From Clostridia bacterium (GTDB taxonomy: Bacteria; Aerophobota; Aerophobia; Aerophobales; AE-B3A), in NCBI GenBank assembly GCA_030640665.1, contig DAOWIY010000015.1:1-36633 (forward strand): DNA of 36,633 nucleotides, written 5' to 3'. The notes under the pieces were generated by a model that did not search any database, had not been told where the DNA came from, and was given only the letters and a program-made list of their open reading frames with translations. This document shows positions 15,817 through 22,826 of the stretch, piece by piece (positions within the stretch are counted from its first letter, which is position 1; the number at the start of each line of letters is the position of its first letter). Position numbers and translations under genes: made by a program.

Positions 15817-16812
15817 TCACTTCTCGGTTATGGTTTCTTCAACCTTTATTCCGAAATGGCGGCCTCCTTTTTCCAGATAGACCAAAACTTCGTTATTCTC
15901 TTTTAGCTCAACAACTGAAATTGGGTTTCCATCCGGCTTGACCAGCCTTATTGTTTCTGCATTCTGAAGAATCAGGGAAACTTTCTCTCCCTCCGCGGTC
16001 TCTGCCTCCACCAACATAAGGGGTCTTCTTTCTATCTTTGTTCTTCCTATTACTGCCAGCTTAGTTTCCCCTTGAGAGTTCACCACCAGAGCTTCATCTC
16101 CAGATTTAAGTTCAGAGAGGTATTTGGTCTTGCCCTCAGCTCCCAGGGTATAGGCATGGACAGCTCCGGCATTAACTCTAAACGGACGCGCCTCTACATA
16201 GGGGTTTTCTACACTTTCAGAATGAACCAAAAATAAAGCCCTGCTGCTGTTTCCTACCAGCATCCCCTCTCCTAATCTCATGTTGGTACAGGTATCAATG
16301 CAGACCCTGTCTCCCATTGCCAACGGCTCTCTCTTTTTTATACGGGCAACTTGAAGGCCGAGGGGGATAGAGGCATTCTTTACTAAACTGACTGTCTTCT
16401 TAATTTCATTTAGATTGGTAGTATTAAGAAAAACTCCATCCACTCCTTTCTCCAGGATTTGCAGAGCTGTCTTAGCCTCTTTAGCATTTTTTACCTGGGC
16501 TATTAACCCTTCAGTTTGAGCGATTAAGTTTTCCAGAGGAATAATTGTCCAATCGCTCATTTTAAGAATAATTATCTTGGATTTGCTAAGCTTGAGGGCG
16601 GTTTTTTCATCTTCCTTACTGCTTATTTCAAATTGGATAACCTCCTCCCCCAGCTTTATATCCCCATCAGGAGCAACGGTCTTTATCATCCCTAACTCTT
16701 TCACCTTCTCATTAAATCCCTCAGGTATAAGAAGAGCATCAGCTCCACTTTCTAGAGCAGTAATAGCTACTTCTTTATTCCAGGGAACAACATTTACCCA
16801 TACTTTTTTCAT
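15817..16812 (-). CDS. aroB': 3-dehydroquinate synthase II (archaeal type; oxidatively deaminates and cyclises ADH)
   Basis: It aligns by eye end to end with the M. jannaschii MJ1249 family. Shared motifs are WTIIPLENLIA, GDRVCIDTC, GEGMLVG, ALFLVHSE, ENPYV, RPFRVNAG, VHAY, KYLSELK, ERRPL, LQNAETIRLV and HFG...EETITEK. Confidence 0.92.
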   Translation of the reverse strand: MKKVWVNVVPWNKEVAITALESGADALLIPEGFNEKVKELGMIKTVAPDGDIKLGEEVIQFEISSKEDEKTALKLSKSKIIILKMSDWTIIPLENLIAQTEGLIAQVKNAKEAKTALQILEKGVDGVFLNTTNLNEIKKTVSLVKNASIPLGLQVARIKKREPLAMGDRVCIDTCTNMRLGEGMLVGNSSRALFLVHSESVENPYVEARPFRVNAGAVHAYTLGAEGKTKYLSELKSGDEALVVNSQGETKLAVIGRTKIERRPLMLVEAETAEGEKVSLILQNAETIRLVKPDGNPISVVELKENNEVLVYLEKGGRHFGIKVEETITEK

Positions 16813-17600
16813 CGTAGTTCCTTCATTGCTTCTTGGGGGGATGCATTTTTATGGACCATTTTTACAATGACTCGTACTATCTTAACCGGGTCTCTGTGTT
16901 GAAATGCATTCCTTCCAATGGATACACCAGCCGCACCACCTGCCAGTGCTCCTTCCACCATCTGGAAAAGGTCCATATCAGTTTCTACCTTCTCTCCGCC
17001 GGCGATGACTACGGGAACTGGGCAGCCTCTGGTTACTTGGCGGAAAGTTTGGGGGCTGCCGGTGTAGTTTACTTTGACTATATCAGCTCCCAGCTCAGCT
17101 CCCACTCGGGCTGCATGTTTGACAAATTTCACATTAAATTCACTGTCGACTTTTTTTCCTCTAGTATACATCATAGCCAATAAAGGCATACCCCAATCCT
17201 GGCAAATTTTTGAAACCTCACCTAGATGTCTTAGCATCTGCGCTTCAGTTTCTGCTCCCAGGTTTATGTGAACAGAGACGGCATCTGCGCCTAACTTGAT
17301 TGCTTCTTCTACTGTGCATACCAGTACCTTCGTATTAGGATCGGGGCTCATCGTTGTACTTCCTGATAGGTGAACAATCAATCCTATATCTTTTCCTCTT
17401 CCTCTATGACCAGCTCCGACGATGCCTTTATGGAGAAGAATAGCGTTTGCTCCCCCCTTTACCATTTTATCTACAGTCTCTTTCATATTTTCTAAACCTT
17501 TTATTGGCCCCATGGTAATCCCATGATCCATAGGGACTATTACCATCTTTCCTGAATTTCGATCTATAATCCGTTCCATTCTAATCATTTTCCCAAACAT
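16809..17600 (-). CDS. aroA': 2-amino-3,7-dideoxy-D-threo-hept-6-ulosonate (ADH) synthase, class I aldolase family
   Basis: It matches the MJ0400 family by eye. Shared motifs are VIVPMDHG...GPIKGL, GGANAILLHKGIV, GLIVHLS, GADAVSVH, MPLLAMMYTRG, GADIVKVNYTG, VVIAGG and GVSIGRNAFQH. ATGA overlap with aroB'. Confidence 0.92.
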   Translation of the reverse strand: MFGKMIRMERIIDRNSGKMVIVPMDHGITMGPIKGLENMKETVDKMVKGGANAILLHKGIVGAGHRGRGKDIGLIVHLSGSTTMSPDPNTKVLVCTVEEAIKLGADAVSVHINLGAETEAQMLRHLGEVSKICQDWGMPLLAMMYTRGKKVDSEFNVKFVKHAARVGAELGADIVKVNYTGSPQTFRQVTRGCPVPVVIAGGEKVETDMDLFQMVEGALAGGAAGVSIGRNAFQHRDPVKIVRVIVKMVHKNASPQEAMKELR

Positions 17601-17618
17601 AATATTTCCTCCTTGAAT

Positions 17619-17689
17619 TAGTCGTTAGTGTTTAGTAAAAAGACTTTCGGACGAACAGCGAGATACTATTCACTAGCGACTAACGACTA
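17619..17689. repeat. Inverted pair of heptad TAG arrays forming an 11-bp stem (TAGTCGTTAGT/ACTAACGACTA) between the aminotransferase gene and aroA'
   Basis: Plus-strand TAGs at 17619, 17626 and 17633. Minus-strand TAGs (plus-strand CTA) at 17666, 17673, 17680 and 17687. The triplet at 17680-17682 is the aminotransferase stop. Confidence 0.7.
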
Positions 17690-18870
17690 GATAGCCGCTG
17701 GGCAGCTTTTCTTACATCGTCTACACTCGGAACCAGGGCAAATCGAAGAAAGCCAGCTCCTGGATTTACCCCTTGAAATTCATGGCTAATCAGATCACCT
17801 GGTACAGTATTAATTCCTTTCTCCAAAAGCAATTTCCTGGAAAAATCCATATATGCCTCACCAGGAGGAATTTTGACCCAAAGAAAAAAAGTACCATCAG
17901 GCTCTACGGGATTAAAGCCATATCTTTTTAACGCTGGCAAGAGAATGGATAGTTTTTCCTTATAACCTTCTCTCATCTTCTCAACATGAGTTTCATCTGA
18001 ATAGGCTACTTTTCCTCCATCCTGAATAATATTTGCCACTCCTTGAGTTGATTTACTGGTTATTGAATTAAAAACTTTTCGCAGCTCCGGGTTGAAAGAG
18101 GCAAAAAATCCAATAACGAGCGATGTCATTGCACTTCTCTTGGACAGTGAATTAAGAACTATGGAACACTCTTGTGCCCCAGGAATATTGAAGATACTAA
18201 GGGGGGGCTCATTAAAGTAAAGTTCAGAGTAACACTCATCTGAAAGAATAATAATCTCATTTTCCAGGCAATATTTAACTATCGACTCAAGCCTCTCATA
18301 GGAATAAGACCTTCCTGTGGGGGAATGGGGAGAGTTCAAAAAGAGCAGCTTTGATTTTTTAGCAATTTCTTTAGGAACTACTTCTAGATCGATTTCAAAA
18401 TTATTCTCTTCTGTCAAATTCAGATAATAGACATTTGCACCTGAAAGAAGGGCACCACTTGTGTAAGGAGGATACCCTGGATTTGGAATTAAACAATACT
18501 CTCCAGCTTTCGGGTCAATAAAATATAAAGGTAGGTGGAAAGAGGTGTATTTTCCACCATAGGTTACTGTGATGAAATGAGGATCTATTTTAACACCAAA
18601 ACGCTTTAGAAACCAATTTGAAATTTGAAGTTTCAACTCAGGATAGCCTGATGAATTTGGATATCCAGAATTTTTTTTAATCTCGATTGCACTGGTGATT
18701 TTCTCCCTCACAATTTCTGGAACAGGCTCTGTAGGATCGCCTACTCCGAAATCAACGATATAGTCTTGAGGGAACTTCTCCCTTGCCATTTGGAGGTTTT
18801 TTCTGATTTCATCAAATGGATAAGGAGCATTCACCGAAGAAGAGATATTTGGATTCATATTGATTCTCAT
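17680..18870 (-). CDS. Class I/II PLP-dependent aminotransferase (AspC/DapL-like)
   Basis: 396 aa with DFGVGDPTEP near the N-terminus, a Y..S.G...L pattern, NPGYPPY, NSPHSPTG and the PLP-lysine motif NSLSKRSAMT. Confidence 0.82.
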   Translation of the reverse strand: MRINMNPNISSSVNAPYPFDEIRKNLQMAREKFPQDYIVDFGVGDPTEPVPEIVREKITSAIEIKKNSGYPNSSGYPELKLQISNWFLKRFGVKIDPHFITVTYGGKYTSFHLPLYFIDPKAGEYCLIPNPGYPPYTSGALLSGANVYYLNLTEENNFEIDLEVVPKEIAKKSKLLFLNSPHSPTGRSYSYERLESIVKYCLENEIIILSDECYSELYFNEPPLSIFNIPGAQECSIVLNSLSKRSAMTSLVIGFFASFNPELRKVFNSITSKSTQGVANIIQDGGKVAYSDETHVEKMREGYKEKLSILLPALKRYGFNPVEPDGTFFLWVKIPPGEAYMDFSRKLLLEKGINTVPGDLISHEFQGVNPGAGFLRFALVPSVDDVRKAAQRLSSR

Positions 18871-18902
18871 ATCTAAACTCTTTCCATCTTTTTACTTGTC
18901 TT

Positions 18903-18932
18903 AATTCTAGTAGTTTAGCTATTATGAGTCAA
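18903..18932 (-). promoter_or_regulatory. Sigma-70-like promoter of the aminotransferase-aro-ara gene string (TTGACT, 17 nt, TAGAAT)
   Basis: The minus strand reads TTGACTCATAATAGCTAAACTACTAGAATT. The -10 lies about 33 nt upstream of the ATG at 18870. Confidence 0.5.
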
Positions 18933-19203
18933 GTTTTTTTAAATAATTGGACAATTTTGTGCAAAAAAACATTAATGTCCTTTATTTATATAAAACTCCT
19001 CACATACTGAAATTTACAGTTTAATATAGCTTTTTGAAAGATTCAAAATTGACCATAAAATAGTAAAACAAAAAAAGTTTAAGATAATAACTTCTGAAAA
19101 AAATTCATAAAATTCTCAACTTTTTCATGCCAAAATATCTCCATGATATTCATAGCACTCTATACCTCAGTATTTCTCAAATAGCCAAACAAAAAATACT
19201 CAA

Positions 19204-19237
19204 TTGACATTGACAATATCAAAATATTTGCTATAAT
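19204..19237 (+). promoter_or_regulatory. Consensus sigma-70 promoter of the TetR-gpg cluster (tandem TTGACA TTGACA, 16 nt, TATAAT)
   Basis: TTGACA at 19204-19209 and 19210-19215. TATAAT at 19232-19237. Confidence 0.6.
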
Positions 19238-19238
19238 G

Positions 19239-19260
19239 TAAGTAAGTAAAAACTTACTTA
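19239..19260. promoter_or_regulatory. Perfect palindromic operator candidate TAAGTAAGT-aaaa-ACTTACTTA
   Basis: 9-bp arms with a 4-bp spacer, starting 2 nt after the -10 hexamer. This is the typical position and size for TetR-family autoregulation. Confidence 0.5.
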
Positions 19261-19312
19261 GATGATAAAGCAAATAGATACAGTCTCAAGAATGCATAAA
19301 GTGTGAGAAACG

Positions 19313-19927
19313 ATGGCAGCAGAAAGAAAGAAAAAAGAGATAAGAAGAAAAGAAATTATGGAGTGCGCGGTGGATCTTATTTTGAGCAAGCAGTCGCGAA
19401 AACTTACCCTTGCTAATATCGCCGGGAAGATGGGAGTAACGGAAGGGTCTATATATAGACATTTCAGGAACAAAGAGGAAATTATAGAAACCATGATAAG
19501 GCGCCTGGAAACTAATCTTATTCGGTCATTAGCCAAGATGAGGCGCCACGAAAAAAATCCTCTGAAAATAATGGAAACTCTCCTTCACAGCCACCTGTGC
19601 TCTCCCAAAAGACAAAAAGAAGTAGCCGCAGTAGTGAGCTTGATTTTTTCACATTTAGGAAACAAACCTCTAAGAAAAAAATTAATCACTCTGGTCAATA
19701 GTTATATTCAAAGTGTAGAGAATATTATTCGAGAAGGACAAGAAGCTCATGTTATAAGGAAAGACATTGACGCTGGCGCTGCTGCTTCAATATTTTCTGG
19801 CCTCATATATGGCCTCACCTCCCTGAATTATTTAATGAGATTACCAAAGGAACTATCAGAGCACGAAGAGCGGTTTTGGAACATTTATCTTCGAGGGGTT
19901 CAAGAGGAGGGTGTAGAAAAATCATGA
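19313..19927 (+). CDS. TetR/AcrR-family transcriptional regulator
   Basis: N-terminal HTH (RRKEIMECAVDLILSKQSRKLTLANIAGKMGVTEGSIYRHFRNKEEI) followed by a helical C-terminal domain, 204 aa. Confidence 0.9.
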   Translation: MAAERKKKEIRRKEIMECAVDLILSKQSRKLTLANIAGKMGVTEGSIYRHFRNKEEIIETMIRRLETNLIRSLAKMRRHEKNPLKIMETLLHSHLCSPKRQKEVAAVVSLIFSHLGNKPLRKKLITLVNSYIQSVENIIREGQEAHVIRKDIDAGAAASIFSGLIYGLTSLNYLMRLPKELSEHEERFWNIYLRGVQEEGVEKS

Positions 19928-20949
19928 AAGAAAATGGTTGGCTTAAAACTAATACTTATCATCATTCTTCTTTTTCTGACATAGGCAGGCTCGTCAGGCT
20001 GAAGGAAAAGAAGAATCTCAAAATTAGTTTAGGTTTTCCCACACTAAATGAAGAAGAAACAATCGCTGAAGAGATTAATGTAATAAAAGGAAAACTGCAA
20101 ATAGAGTATCCGTTGTTAGACGAGATTGCTGTTATAGATAGCGCTTCTACTGATAGAACGAGAGAGTTAGCCGCCGAGACCGGAGCTAAGGTTTATCTAG
20201 CTGATGATTATCTTCGGGGGTTTGGAGTTGTCAGGGGTAAAGGGGAAAATCTCTGGAAGAGCCTTTATCTTCTAGAAGGAGATATAATTGTCTGGGTAGA
20301 TGCTGATATTAAAAATATTCATCCTAAGTTTGTCTATGGCACAGTAGGACCACTTTTGGAATGTGATCATCTCAAATACGTGAAGGCATTCTATGAAAGG
20401 CCTCTAGTGATAGGGAAGAAGATGAGACCTTCAGGTGGAGGTAGGGTCACGGAAATATTAATCAGACCTCTTCTGGCTAGCTTTTATCCAGAACTTTCTG
20501 GATTTCTGCAGCCCTTATCAGGTGAATATGCTGGAAGAAGGGAAGTTTTGGAGGCAGTTCCCTTCCGCGTTGGTTATGGAGTGGAAACAGGTCTACTTAT
20601 AGATATTTATGAAAAATATGGACTGAAGAGTCTGGCCCAGGTAGACCTGGATAGAAGAGTCCATAGAAACCGAAGTTTGCCTGCCTTAAGCAAAATGTCA
20701 TTTGCTATACTTCATACCTTTTTTACAAAACTCCAACAGCAAGATATCGTCTCTTTGGAGAAAGAGCTCCCCAGTGAATTTAGACTTGTTAAGGCACGAG
20801 AAGAGGAGATATTTTTAAAAAAGGAGAGGTTCACTTTCATTGAAAGGCCTCCTATAATTAAAGTGGAGAAATATCAACGCAAGAGGGCCAATATTGAAAA
20901 AAATAATTTTAGTGCGGCACGGCCAGACAGATTGGAATCGAGAAAATAG
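19924..20949 (+). CDS. gpgS: Glucosyl-3-phosphoglycerate synthase (GT81)
   Basis: It aligns by eye with M. tuberculosis Rv1208. Shared motifs are PTLNEEETI, AVIDSASTDRT, GKGENLWKS, VWVDADI, VKAFYERPL, GGGRVTEILIRPLL, LQPLSGEYAGRRE, GYGVETGLLID and VHRNRSL. I chose the ATG at 19924 (ATGA overlap with the tetR stop) over the TTG at 19876. Confidence 0.88.
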   Translation: MKENGWLKTNTYHHSSFSDIGRLVRLKEKKNLKISLGFPTLNEEETIAEEINVIKGKLQIEYPLLDEIAVIDSASTDRTRELAAETGAKVYLADDYLRGFGVVRGKGENLWKSLYLLEGDIIVWVDADIKNIHPKFVYGTVGPLLECDHLKYVKAFYERPLVIGKKMRPSGGGRVTEILIRPLLASFYPELSGFLQPLSGEYAGRREVLEAVPFRVGYGVETGLLIDIYEKYGLKSLAQVDLDRRVHRNRSLPALSKMSFAILHTFFTKLQQQDIVSLEKELPSEFRLVKAREEEIFLKKERFTFIERPPIIKVEKYQRKRANIEKNNFSAARPDRLESRK

Positions 20950-21448
20950 GATACAGGGCGAGCTGGATATTCCTTTAAATGAACGAGGGAAAAGAGAGGC
21001 AAAAGAGATTGCTTTAAGACTGGCTCATACAGTTATTGACCATATTTATTCTAGTAGACTTTCCCGAGCCTATGAGACTGCTATTGAGATAGCCAAGCTT
21101 CATAAATTAAAAATTCTGACTGATCCCAGACTGGATGAGCTTGGACAAGGAAAGTGGGAGGGAATGAAAGTTTCAGAAGTGAGAAGATTATATCCAGATT
21201 TTTACTCAAAATGGGAAAAAGATCCTACTTCGGTTACACCTCCGGAAGGAAAAAGCGTAAGAGAAGTATTTAAGAAGGTAAAAGAATTCTGGGCCGAAAA
21301 TATTTTGCCCGGAAAGGGAACGGTAGTGATAGTAGCTCATAAAGTTATTAATGCTTTAATAAAATCAATCCTGGAAGAAGACAACTCCCTGAATATGCTC
21401 TGGGAGAAACTGCCCAAGAATGCTCAAATTGAGAGATTTTCCTTATGA
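20894..21448 (+). CDS. gpgP: Histidine-phosphatase (phosphoglycerate-mutase-like) enzyme, probable glucosyl-3-phosphoglycerate phosphatase
   Basis: RHG motif at the N-terminus (KIILVRHGQTDWN), then SSRLSRAYETA, GKWEG and the second His (IVAHKVI). The TTG start is required to retain the RHG motif, so the gene overlaps gpgS by 56 nt. The mycobacterial GpgP (Rv2419c) belongs to this family. Confidence 0.72.
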   Translation: MKKIILVRHGQTDWNRENRIQGELDIPLNERGKREAKEIALRLAHTVIDHIYSSRLSRAYETAIEIAKLHKLKILTDPRLDELGQGKWEGMKVSEVRRLYPDFYSKWEKDPTSVTPPEGKSVREVFKKVKEFWAENILPGKGTVVIVAHKVINALIKSILEEDNSLNMLWEKLPKNAQIERFSL

Positions 21449-22677
21449 AAACATCGGTGGCTATCCTGCATTACTCCTACCCTCCTCTCATAGGGGGAGT
21501 GGAGTTTATTATAAAAGGACAGGCTGAAATTCTGACAAGAAATAAACACAGAGTGAAGATCATCGCTGGAGCAGAGAAAAATAGAGAGAAGAATATACAA
21601 ATAGATATTATTCCCGAAATTGGCTCTAGCTGGCCAGAAAATGAAGCCATAAACGAAGAGTTGAAGGATGGTGTTGTCTCGGAGCGTTTTCAGAGATTAA
21701 GGGAGATTATTGATACCAAAATTAAACGTTCGCTGGAAAAGGTAGATATCTGCATCATACATAATGTTATGACTATGCACTTTAACCTCGCCTTAACCTC
21801 TGCTCTGGATAAAATCGTCAATGAACTTCACCGCAAAATACGCTTTTACCTCTGGTGTCATGATGCTACTCTGATTAACCCTGATTATTGTGTTGAGAAC
21901 CCTCATCGGTATCCCTGGAGTCTCTTGAGTAAGTTTAATGAAAAGGTCACTTACATTACCATCTCGCAGTGGAGAAAAAAGCAGCTTTCCGAGCTTTTCG
22001 GTGTCCCAGAGGATCTAATTAAGGTCATTCCTAATGGCATAGATATAAAGTCATTCTTAAGAATATCAGAGCCGGTGTGGAAAATAGCCTGTGATAAGAG
22101 GTTTTTTGATGATGATCTGGTTATGTTCTTTCCCTCTAGAATTGTTAAGAGAAAAAATTATGAATTAGCCATAAAAATAACTAAGGAACTGACTGCTTCA
22201 GGTAAAAAATGTAAACTATTAATAACTGCGCCTCCTGACCCGCATAATTCTGAGGCAAAGAAATATTACTATTATTTGCATGAATTTGCAAAAGAGATGG
22301 AACTAGAAGGGCATATTCTCTTCCTCAATGACTTGAAGGAGGAATATGGGTTAAAGATTGGATATCGAAAGCTGCAAGATATTTACAGAATTTGTGACCT
22401 ACTCTTGATTACTTCTTCTCAAGAAGGGTTCGGGATTCCACTTTTGGAAGCAGCGGTAATGAAGATGCCTATTGCCTGCAGCGACATAGCGCCACTATCA
22501 GAGCTTACCAGAGGGCAGGCTTTGCTTTTCAAGCTGGATGATAATCCTTCCCATATTGCCCAAAAGATAATAGACTATCTTAATGCACAGCCAACCCACC
22601 TCATGTTTAAACGTACCTTATCTAGTTTTTCCTGGGAAGTCATTTACAGGGATTATCTAAAGGATTTGTTTAACTAA
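21445..22677 (+). CDS. GT4-family (GT-B, retaining) glycosyltransferase
   Basis: ATGA overlap with gpgP. The C-terminal domain carries SSQEGFGIPLLEAAVMKMPIACSDI (E-X7-E type motif). 410 aa. Confidence 0.85.
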   Translation: MKTSVAILHYSYPPLIGGVEFIIKGQAEILTRNKHRVKIIAGAEKNREKNIQIDIIPEIGSSWPENEAINEELKDGVVSERFQRLREIIDTKIKRSLEKVDICIIHNVMTMHFNLALTSALDKIVNELHRKIRFYLWCHDATLINPDYCVENPHRYPWSLLSKFNEKVTYITISQWRKKQLSELFGVPEDLIKVIPNGIDIKSFLRISEPVWKIACDKRFFDDDLVMFFPSRIVKRKNYELAIKITKELTASGKKCKLLITAPPDPHNSEAKKYYYYLHEFAKEMELEGHILFLNDLKEEYGLKIGYRKLQDIYRICDLLLITSSQEGFGIPLLEAAVMKMPIACSDIAPLSELTRGQALLFKLDDNPSHIAQKIIDYLNAQPTHLMFKRTLSSFSWEVIYRDYLKDLFN

Positions 22678-22684
22678 TCTTGTT

Positions 22685-22740
22685 GGTTAACTGGTTAAAG
22701 GGTTAATTTTCTTGATACTTGATACTCGATACTGGATACT
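22685..22740. repeat. Two abutting micro-tandem arrays: GGTTAA x3 (period 8) and GATACTN x4 (period 7)
   Basis: GGTTAA at 22685, 22693 and 22701. GATACT at 22714, 22721, 22728 and 22735. The arrays start 8 nt after the GT4 stop codon. Confidence 0.75.
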
Positions 22741-22826
22741 CGTCTTAGTTTCGTCTCTTCTCTTTCCTCTCCCTTTTACGAGAATCGAGCATCTAGAATC
22801 GAAAAAACCACTCACCGGAGAAATAA

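Noticed and set aside
18933-19203. 270-bp AT-rich spacer between the divergent promoters, examined as a possible sRNA or small-protein locus
   Set aside because: It holds only a 24-codon ORF without an RBS, and no promoter or terminator pair or stable structure that I could see.
19876-19923. TTG-started N-terminal extension of gpgS given in the ORF track
   Set aside because: The extension lies inside the tetR coding region and has no counterpart in GpgS homologues. The ATG at 19924 gives the expected N-terminus and an ATGA coupling.
22685-22740. Short tandem repeats as a miniature CRISPR array
   Set aside because: The units are 7-8 nt with no spacers, far below CRISPR repeat and spacer sizes. 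No cas genes are present.
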